DNA of 64,000 nucleotides, taken from Acidimicrobiia bacterium UBA4744 (lineage in GTDB: Bacteria > Actinomycetota > Acidimicrobiia > Spongiisociales > UBA4744). The notes beneath the pieces were generated by a model. It searched no databases, was not told where the DNA came from, and saw only the letters and a program-made list of their open reading frames with translations. This document shows, piece by piece, positions 57,532 to 64,000 of this stretch. The first letter of the stretch is position 1; each line of letters begins with the position of its first letter. The stretch lies in the NCBI GenBank assembly GCA_002403855.1, contig DHIO01000026.1:183627-247626 (forward strand), in the 5' to 3' direction. Position numbers and translations under genes: made by a program.

Positions 57532-58953
57532 TCAGGCAGCGGCATCATCCGACAACCGCCGAGCCAGCGATTTGACGGCATCTGCGAAACACTCCATCGG
57601 CGCCTCGACCAAGCCGGCGCCGACCATGCCCACCCCTGCTTCCTTGCCTGCTATCCCGGTATTGATTTGCGGAAGAACGCCGGTGCGGGCCACCAACGTG
57701 GCGTCGATCCCGGTGGGCGTGCCCCGGAACTCGAGGATGGGAATCTGGTACGAGGGATGTTCCGCCATGGTGATCTCGTACATGGCCAGGGTCCGCTGGA
57801 CGGCGCCGGCGGCCGTGCCGCCGACAAACCCGACGATGGCCGGCGAGGCGGCCATCGCGAAACCGCCCAGACCGATCGTCTCGGTGATGGCCGAATCCCC
57901 GATGTCCGGATTGGCATCGTCGGCGGTAAACGACCCCAGGTACAATCCGTCCACGACGGGTGCCGGGGCCGTGAACCAACGGCCGCCGGTCCCCGAGACT
58001 CGGATCCCGAACTCCGTCCCGTTGCGGGCCATCGTGGTGACGAGGCTGGAGTACTCGATCCCGGATGCGGCATCAACGATCAGCTTCCCTGCCGCCATCA
58101 CCACGTTGAGCATGAAGTGGTCGTTCGAGTCGACGAACGAATAGACCGCCGAACGATCGGCCACCGTTGCGACATCACTCTCGACCAGAGCCGCGCCGAT
58201 TGCCCTGAGCAGCAGTGAGGTGCCGGCCCGGTTGCGGTTGTGCCCATCGTCCCCCATCTGCAGCGCTTGTGCAATCAACGATCGAAGGTCGAGCGGTCCG
58301 GATCGGCGCAGAGCATCACCTATCACCGGCCCGAGTACCCGCTCCATCCACCGGAGCCGGTCGATGACCTCGGGCGCATACGCACCGTATCGGAGGACTT
58401 TGCCCAGGCCTTCGTTGAGAGTCGAGTAGGCCACCCCCCCGGTGGCGGGATTCTCAACCACCAGAACGGGCATGGAAGGGCTGATGACGCCGGCCATGGG
58501 ACCAGCCGCCCGGTGATGGTGGCAGGGAGAAAGCTCTACCCCCCCGGCCGCCAGCTTGGACGCCGCCTCCTCGGGTGTGGCGGCGAGTCGCTCATAGAGC
58601 ATGGCACCTATCAGAGCGCCCCGCATCGGTCCGCTGGCCTGTTCCCAGGAGAGCGGAGGTCCGGCGTGGAGAAAGGTTCGCCCGGCAAGACCGGGTACCA
58701 CCTCGCCGGCCGGGAGCACATCCACCAGATGGGGACGAACTTCGAGTAACCGGGCGATGGCAATCTCATTGGCTTCCGCGACCTTCGGACTGGCAGCGAG
58801 CCCTGCCAGAGCTACTTCCGTTCCGCCGAACGGTGGACGCCAATCGATCCTGTGCACTGCGACGCTTTGAGCGCCGAGCGCGGCAGCGAGCACCTCGATC
58901 CCGGCCGTCACGACCACCGGCTCGGCGTGGAGAAGACGTTCGAGCTCACCCAT
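57532..58953 (-). CDS. DUF1116 protein (YlbE/AllG-like)
   Basis: LHAGPP, PCHHH..AGPMAG, NEGLGKVLRYGAY, GDSAITETIGLGG and INTGIAGKEAGVG blocks match my memory of E. coli YlbE along the whole length. ATG 58953 overlaps the FdrA stop by 8 bp. Confidence 0.8.
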   Translation of the reverse strand: MGELERLLHAEPVVVTAGIEVLAAALGAQSVAVHRIDWRPPFGGTEVALAGLAASPKVAEANEIAIARLLEVRPHLVDVLPAGEVVPGLAGRTFLHAGPPLSWEQASGPMRGALIGAMLYERLAATPEEAASKLAAGGVELSPCHHHRAAGPMAGVISPSMPVLVVENPATGGVAYSTLNEGLGKVLRYGAYAPEVIDRLRWMERVLGPVIGDALRRSGPLDLRSLIAQALQMGDDGHNRNRAGTSLLLRAIGAALVESDVATVADRSAVYSFVDSNDHFMLNVVMAAGKLIVDAASGIEYSSLVTTMARNGTEFGIRVSGTGGRWFTAPAPVVDGLYLGSFTADDANPDIGDSAITETIGLGGFAMAASPAIVGFVGGTAAGAVQRTLAMYEITMAEHPSYQIPILEFRGTPTGIDATLVARTGVLPQINTGIAGKEAGVGMVGAGLVEAPMECFADAVKSLARRLSDDAAA

Positions 58954-60379
58954 CGGCCACCTCATCGACCATCGACACTGCATGACGCGCTGCTGCAGCG
59001 TTGGACAGCCAGACGGCCGCCCCGGCCTCGTTGAGAACCCGGGCCTGTCGATCACGGTCCTGGGGGTCGCCGTTGGTTCCACAGAGCGATACCACCACTG
59101 CGGCCCCTTCCGCAGCAGCGTCGGCGATCACGGGAGCAAGTTCGGAGGCCGGATCGGGGTGAGCCCCGTGCCCGAGAACGACGTCGAGCAAGATGACGCC
59201 GACGCGAGAGTCGCGACCCGCCGCGGCCAGACGCTGCAGTCTCAACCGCTGGTCGATCATCGGGTGCGCCCGCCCGCGGGTGTATTCGTCCTCTCCATAG
59301 TCGATGATCGTGTGGCCGGCGCCTCGTTCCTCCCGGCCGACCTCCCCCAAAGCGCCGACCGCCAAGCCGACGGCCTCACTGCCGAGACTGCCACCGGAGA
59401 AGAGACCTCTGAGCACCCCCGGCCGATGGCCGTCCGTCGGGGCCGGCCAGGAGGCATAGGCGGGCACAGCTTTGCCGAGTAGATCGAGCGTCCGGCCGAC
59501 TGCTCCCTCCAGGGTTACTCCCTCTTCGCCGAGATAGGCGAGCACGGTCGGTGTCACGCATTCCGCGGCGGCCGCTCGAACGCGTTCGGCTACCTCCGGA
59601 GCGGGCGGTTTCGAGGCCACGATCAGCACTTCGGTGCTGGGATCGGCGTCCAATGCCTCCAGTCCCCGCAAAGTGGACAATCCCCCCACTTCGACGGAAA
59701 GGTCGTGGCTTCCGGTGCCCAGGGCGTTGCGAACACCGACCCCGGCATCATCGAGCAGACAGCAGAGTTGCTGGATCCCGGTCCCGGCCGCACCAACGAT
59801 GCCGACCGGGCCGGGTTGCACCACGTTGGCGAACCCGAGCCCGACTCCGTTGACGATGGCGGTACCACAGTCGGGGCCCATGACGAGAAGGCCCAACCGG
59901 TCGGCCGACCGTTTCAGCTGAACCTCCTGAGCGATCGGGACGTTGTCGCTGAACACCATCACGTCGAGACCATGCCGGAGAGCATCCATAGCTTCGACAA
60001 AAGCATGCTCTCCCGGAACCGAGATCAACGCGAGAGTGGCTTCCGAGGCGACGGATCCGATCACATGCGCGGCCGGCGTGGCCAGCATTGGGGAGTCCCG
60101 TACGGCTTTCGCGACCAGAGCCTCCTGCAAGATGAGACGGGCATGAGCCACGGCCGGTTCGTCCACGGCTCGCACCGCGATGATCAGGTCGTTGGGTCCG
60201 GCCGCAGCGATCGCTTCCGGATCGAACCCCATCTCTGCCAGCAGATCACAATTGAGGTCGGTCGCCATCGCCACCAATGCCTCTTCGACTCCAGCAGCCT
60301 GTTGCAGAGCCCGGCTTGCTTGCATGAGCCGCACAGAGTCGTGGTACGTGCCGCGCCGAACCTCAACATTGTCGATCAT
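58946..60379 (-). CDS. fdrA: FdrA/AllF-like protein (succinyl-CoA-synthetase-alpha-like)
   Basis: The N-terminus ...RRGTYHDSVRLMQASRAL... is like E. coli FdrA. Central CoA-ligase-like GPDCGTAI and GIVGAAGTG motifs. Confidence 0.85.
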   Translation of the reverse strand: MIDNVEVRRGTYHDSVRLMQASRALQQAAGVEEALVAMATDLNCDLLAEMGFDPEAIAAAGPNDLIIAVRAVDEPAVAHARLILQEALVAKAVRDSPMLATPAAHVIGSVASEATLALISVPGEHAFVEAMDALRHGLDVMVFSDNVPIAQEVQLKRSADRLGLLVMGPDCGTAIVNGVGLGFANVVQPGPVGIVGAAGTGIQQLCCLLDDAGVGVRNALGTGSHDLSVEVGGLSTLRGLEALDADPSTEVLIVASKPPAPEVAERVRAAAAECVTPTVLAYLGEEGVTLEGAVGRTLDLLGKAVPAYASWPAPTDGHRPGVLRGLFSGGSLGSEAVGLAVGALGEVGREERGAGHTIIDYGEDEYTRGRAHPMIDQRLRLQRLAAAGRDSRVGVILLDVVLGHGAHPDPASELAPVIADAAAEGAAVVVSLCGTNGDPQDRDRQARVLNEAGAAVWLSNAAAARHAVSMVDEVADG

Positions 60380-61206
60380 CTCGCAAGGAACTCCCCGGCC
60401 AGGAGAATGCCGCAGGCCGTCGCTATCCCCGACGAGTCGCCCATTCTGTACAGACCCATGACGGCGGCACCGAGATCACCTCTCCCGGTGAGCACCTGGA
60501 AGAAGGCCGCAACCGGATCGGCTACTTCTCCGGCCACCGCGTGACGAAGCAATGCCGCCGACAACGCCGTAGTGCGGAAGGGCGCCTCAGTGAGAACGAC
60601 GGGGGCTATCGCCGCAAGCATCCCACCGGCGCCGGGGGCCCCAACCGCCGGGCCCAGCAAGCGCAAGCCGGCCAACAAGCCGGCCAGCACATCGTCCCCT
60701 TCGGGCGTGAGTCCTTCGCCCTTCCCGAGCAGGGTGCACATGGCATGGCGAACGGCGGCGGGATCGTTCCTCTTCAACGACCGCCCCAGGCCCCCGTCTT
60801 CGACACACGCCAACAGGGGCCGGGCGGCCGCGCATCGTGCGGCCAGTGCCTCCGTAGTCGTTGGCTCCAGCGAGGGTCTCGGATCCCACCAGCGAATGAC
60901 ATTGGCCTTCACGCCCCCCATGCTGAGTCCGCCATCACCGACCACACACCGTTGTCCGGATGGGGAGCGGAGTTCATCGACCCGTTCCGTCACGGTGACC
61001 CCGTTGGGCAGACGGATGGCGTTGCGCCCCGAGAGGACTAGGACATGCCCGCCCGCCTGCAGCCAGGCGGCGTTGGACGAGACTCCCAGCAACACCCCGG
61101 GTTTGGAGGGGCCCTCCAGCAGATGGCGGACCCCCCGACTCGCCGCTGCCGGCACCGAAGCAGACGATGCGAATTCGGTTCCGGCCGTGTGCTGTCTGGC
61201 GCCCAT
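60376..61206 (-). CDS. DUF2877 protein (YlbF/AllH-like)
   Basis: GKGEGLTPEGDDVLAGLLAG motif typical of DUF2877. 4-bp overlap with the FdrA-like gene. It starts 10 nt after the barbiturase-family gene ends. Confidence 0.7.
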   Translation of the reverse strand: MGARQHTAGTEFASSASVPAAASRGVRHLLEGPSKPGVLLGVSSNAAWLQAGGHVLVLSGRNAIRLPNGVTVTERVDELRSPSGQRCVVGDGGLSMGGVKANVIRWWDPRPSLEPTTTEALAARCAAARPLLACVEDGGLGRSLKRNDPAAVRHAMCTLLGKGEGLTPEGDDVLAGLLAGLRLLGPAVGAPGAGGMLAAIAPVVLTEAPFRTTALSAALLRHAVAGEVADPVAAFFQVLTGRGDLGAAVMGLYRMGDSSGIATACGILLAGEFLAR

Positions 61207-61216
61207 CGGTCGAGTC

Positions 61217-62317
61217 TCAGCCGAGGTCGACGATGGCCGCTACCGGGCCGCCCCCGGAAGGCCCCTGGTGGATGGCCGCCACCGACACGAAAACTGCTGG
61301 ATCGCCGACGGCGGCCGCTACGACGCCGCCCACGGCTCCCTTGATGTGGCGATGGTGGTGCACGTCGGAGTCGTCGAGTGCCACCTGACGGCGTCCGCGC
61401 AGCTTGGCAGTCGGATCAGCCTCGCACTTCACGAATACGTTGACGAGCCGACCGTTGAGGTCCGTCGATCTCGCCCGCTCGGGAAGGTCGAGCCCAGCCG
61501 ATCGGATGGCGTCGTACACGGCCTCCAAGTCGAGGGCGTCCTTCATGACACTATGACCTATCCGATACCGCCCTCCCGCACCACGTACGTTGCCTACCAC
61601 CACCGTCTGGGCCCGATCGAGTTCGACACCGGACGAGCACGAAGCCACCGACGAATACAGCGACAGATCGTGGCCTATCTGCCGCTCCGCGGGAACGGTG
61701 CTCAGCTCGCCCAGCGCGTATCCGATACCGAGTCCCGAGGTCCCGTTGGAGATGTTCATAGACTCGAGTGGATCCTCGGTCACGACGGTATGCCCGCGCG
61801 ACTTGGCATCGTTGATGGTCTCCATCGTCAGAAGCGGTGTCTTGGTCTGCACGTAATGGACGTCGGCGGGGTCCGCGATGCCGGCTTCCTTCATTGCTTG
61901 TTTGACTCCCTCGGCGACCTTTTCGACCATCGCCGGCCGGCCGATGTCCTCGGGGAAGATGACCTCGCTCATGGAGTAGCCCACCGCCAGACGCGGCTCT
62001 CCCGAGGGGCTGGCATCGTCGGCTACCCGGGCAAACACCGTCGCATGAGGAGTGAGAACGCCGTCGGTTCCACCCGACCACACCATCGGGATCTCCTTGA
62101 CCACGTCGAGAGGCCGGGTTCCCATTTCCATCAGCACATCACGGAATGCCCGGTCGGCAAGGATCCTGGTGAAGTCATTGACTCCGCCGTTGCCCTCGGT
62201 CTTGCCGACGACGGCGATCACTTCGTCGGCGCCGAATACCCCTTCCTCGATCAGCGACTTCAATCCCGAGGCATCGGCGACGCTCTCGAGAACGACCTTG
62301 CGCACTTCGATAGTCAT
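61217..62317 (-). CDS. ring-opening amidohydrolase, barbiturase/cyanuric acid hydrolase (AtzD/TrzD) family
   Basis: [16 protein letters not shown] motif. Three-fold internal architecture with Ser/Lys contexts. 366 aa from ATG 62317, with GGGGGAGAG SD. The 597-aa track ORF is a 5' over-extension. Confidence 0.85.
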   Translation of the reverse strand: MTIEVRKVVLESVADASGLKSLIEEGVFGADEVIAVVGKTEGNGGVNDFTRILADRAFRDVLMEMGTRPLDVVKEIPMVWSGGTDGVLTPHATVFARVADDASPSGEPRLAVGYSMSEVIFPEDIGRPAMVEKVAEGVKQAMKEAGIADPADVHYVQTKTPLLTMETINDAKSRGHTVVTEDPLESMNISNGTSGLGIGYALGELSTVPAERQIGHDLSLYSSVASCSSGVELDRAQTVVVGNVRGAGGRYRIGHSVMKDALDLEAVYDAIRSAGLDLPERARSTDLNGRLVNVFVKCEADPTAKLRGRRQVALDDSDVHHHRHIKGAVGGVVAAAVGDPAVFVSVAAIHQGPSGGGPVAAIVDLG

Positions 62318-62467
62318 TACCGCTCTCCCCCGCAGTATCACGCCCGCCCGCCGTAGACCGTCAGGACGGATGCCATATGCACCAATACTCAGGCATGAGA
62401 GCGCCCGACAATAGAGAACAAAGACCCCTCCAACCTGCGGTTGGTCCGTCTGTGCCAGGCTGGGGGT

Positions 62468-62905
62468 ATGGACGCCTATCTGGAAGCAGCGATCGAAGAG
62501 GCAAGGGCCGGAATGGAGGAAGGAGGCATCCCCATCGGCTCCGTACTCGTCATCGACGGCGAGATCATTGGCAGAGGTCACAACCGTCGGGTGCAACGCG
62601 GCAGCCCCATTCTCCATGCCGAGATGGACTGCATAGACAACGCCGGCCGGCTGGAGGCCTTCGACTACCGACGAGCCGTGCTCTATTCGACGCTGTCCCC
62701 TTGCGACATGTGCAGCGGGGCCGTCCTCCTCTACCGAATCCCGAGAGTCGTCGTCGGCGAGCATCGAACGTTTCGCGGCCCCGAGGACTACCTCCGCTCT
62801 CGGGGGGTTGACATCGACATTGTCGACGACCCCACCTGTGTGCAACTGATGGAGACGTTCATCGCTACCCGGCCCGGGTTGTGGAACGAGGACATCGGCG
62901 AGTAG
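62468..62905 (+). CDS. cytosine deaminase, yeast Fcy1-type (CDA fold)
   Basis: HAEMD ... [11 protein letters not shown] zinc motif, VVVGE, and C-terminal [11 protein letters not shown] closely paralleling yeast Fcy1 (...RPQDWFEDIGE) as I remember it. ATG 62468 was preferred to TTG 62441. Confidence 0.85.
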   Translation: MDAYLEAAIEEARAGMEEGGIPIGSVLVIDGEIIGRGHNRRVQRGSPILHAEMDCIDNAGRLEAFDYRRAVLYSTLSPCDMCSGAVLLYRIPRVVVGEHRTFRGPEDYLRSRGVDIDIVDDPTCVQLMETFIATRPGLWNEDIGE

Positions 62906-62959
62906 CGAACGATCACAACCGGGCGATGTCGGCCGGAGAAGGGCTACCATGCCGCCTTC

Positions 62960-64000
62960 ATGTCGGGCGCCCCCTTCCGTAATGTGGCGTTGATCGCGCA
63001 CGTCGACCATGGCAAGACGACCCTGGTCGATGCCATGCTGTCCGCAGCGGGTGTCTTCGCTTCACATCAGGAACCCGTGGAGCGGGTGATGGACTCGAAC
63101 GAGCAGGAACGCGAGCGTGGGATCACCATTCTCGCCAAAGCCGCCTCGATCGACTGGAAAGGCACGAAGATCAACCTGGTCGACACCCCGGGGCACGCCG
63201 ACTTCGGGGGTGAGGTCGAGCGAGCGCTGGCCCTGGTAGACGGAGTCCTGCTGCTCGTCGACGCTGCCGAAGGGCCGATGCCGCAGACTCGGTATGTTCT
63301 CTCCAAGGCACTCGCTCTTCATCTGCCGGCAGTGGTGGTGGTCAACAAGGTCGACCGGCCCGATGCCCGGGTAGCAGCGGTTGTTGATGAGGTGTACGAG
63401 TTGTTCTTCGATCTCGAGGCAGCCGACCACCACATCGAGTTTCCCATCATCTCCTCGATTGCTCGCCACGGCAAGGCGGTCGGCGGAGTCGGCATGCCGG
63501 GGAAGAATGACGACCTGTCCCCGCTGCTGGATGCCATGGTCGAAACGATCCCTGCCGCGGCCGGCGATCCGCAGGCTCCGTTGCAGGCGTTGGTAACCAA
63601 CCTCGACGCGTCGGACCACCTCGGCCGGCTCGCAATCGGGCGAGTGGTCCAGGGCACCCTCCGTTCCGGCGAACAGATTGCCCTCTGCCACTCGAACGAC
63701 GAAGAGCCTCCCCTCAAGCGGAAACTGGGCCAGTTGATGGGTTTCGCCGGGTTGGGCCGGATCCAAGTTGACGAGCGCATTGCCGGCGACCTCTTCGTCG
63801 TGGCCGGCTTCCCGGAAGTAGAAATCGGCGACACCCTGGCTGATCCGACCGACCCTCGCCCTCTGCCCCGTCTCCAAGTCGACGAACCGGTCTTGCGCAT
63901 GACGTTCGGCGTGAACACATCCCCCCTGGCCGGGCGCGACGGAACCCTGCTCACCTCCCGGCAGATCCGCGAACGCCTGGAAAGGGAAGTGCTCGGCAAC
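62960..64000 (+). CDS. typA: translational GTPase TypA/BipA, N-terminal part (3' end outside the window)
   Basis: It is not in the ORF track because it is open at the window end. [24 protein letters not shown] (G1), [14 protein letters not shown] (G3), NKVDR (G4). The frame stays open through 64000. Confidence 0.93.
   Translation, partial: MSGAPFRNVALIAHVDHGKTTLVDAMLSAAGVFASHQEPVERVMDSNEQERERGITILAKAASIDWKGTKINLVDTPGHADFGGEVERALALVDGVLLLVDAAEGPMPQTRYVLSKALALHLPAVVVVNKVDRPDARVAAVVDEVYELFFDLEAADHHIEFPIISSIARHGKAVGGVGMPGKNDDLSPLLDAMVETIPAAAGDPQAPLQALVTNLDASDHLGRLAIGRVVQGTLRSGEQIALCHSNDEEPPLKRKLGQLMGFAGLGRIQVDERIAGDLFVVAGFPEVEIGDTLADPTDPRPLPRLQVDEPVLRMTFGVNTSPLAGRDGTLLTSRQIRERLEREVLGN

Noticed and set aside
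60572-62356. A 594-aa + strand ORF lies opposite the DUF2877 and barbiturase-family genes.
   Set aside because: It is a shadow ORF with low-complexity Arg/Pro/Ser/Gly composition. The minus-strand genes carry diagnostic motifs ([21 protein letters not shown]).
62318-63010. The 5' extension of the barbiturase-family ORF (the 597-aa version).
   Set aside because: It runs antisense through the Fcy1-type cytosine deaminase gene and into typA. The family-typical N-terminus MTIEVRKV... follows a good SD at 62317.
63062-63999. Two - strand ORFs (271 and 226 aa) lie at the window end.
   Set aside because: They are antisense to typA/bipA, which the ORF track misses only because it is open at the window edge.

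Overview
This is a GC-rich, densely coding chromosomal segment. It is most likely from an actinobacterium. That is an inference from F420-type enzymes (an LLM oxidoreductase and two Ddn-like proteins), a PAC2 protein, an LprG/P55-like operon, DUF3105 and a PspC-type kinase. No database search or HMM scan was possible, so all calls rest on motifs I could read in the translations, gene order, start-codon/SD context and codon-position GC. About 65 protein-coding genes are supported. I recognised no rRNA, tRNA, CRISPR array, transposase or integrase. Content by theme: (a) Signalling: two paralogous hybrid histidine kinases, a GAF kinase, a PspC-kinase/LuxR pair, and a zinc-ribbon adenylate cyclase-STAND-TPR protein beside a stand-alone cNMP-binding protein. 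(b) Acyl-CoA metabolism: ADP-forming and AMP-forming acetyl-CoA synthetases, acetoacetyl-CoA synthetase and a Sir2 deacylase. (c) Transport: a CPA2 antiporter with an RCK-USP partner, and three MFS transporters. (d) Housekeeping: infA and typA. Main hunt results: (1) The radical SAM gene at 2193-3569 has a called stop that is a UGA. Read as selenocysteine, it completes a C-U-A-E-P motif and is followed by a SECIS-like hairpin. (2) An ATGA-coupled pair encodes a serine-palmitoyltransferase-like enzyme and a KDSR-like reductase, which together would make a sphingoid base. (3) A roughly 11.5 kb cluster (51.4-62.9 kb) looks like oxidative pyrimidine catabolism: Fcy1-type cytosine deaminase, a three-subunit molybdo-flavo-FeS dehydrogenase and a barbiturase-family hydrolase. 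The expected ureidomalonase is absent. In its place an AllFGH-like (FdrA/DUF1116/DUF2877) trio is welded to the barbiturase gene, which suggests an undescribed phosphorolytic step. The cluster ends in an unexplained tail: a GNAT-like protein, a thiolase-like protein that appears to lack the nucleophile Cys, and a DUF35 protein. Many long ORFs in the six-frame track are antisense shadows or 5' over-extensions typical of high-GC DNA. These were trimmed or rejected.
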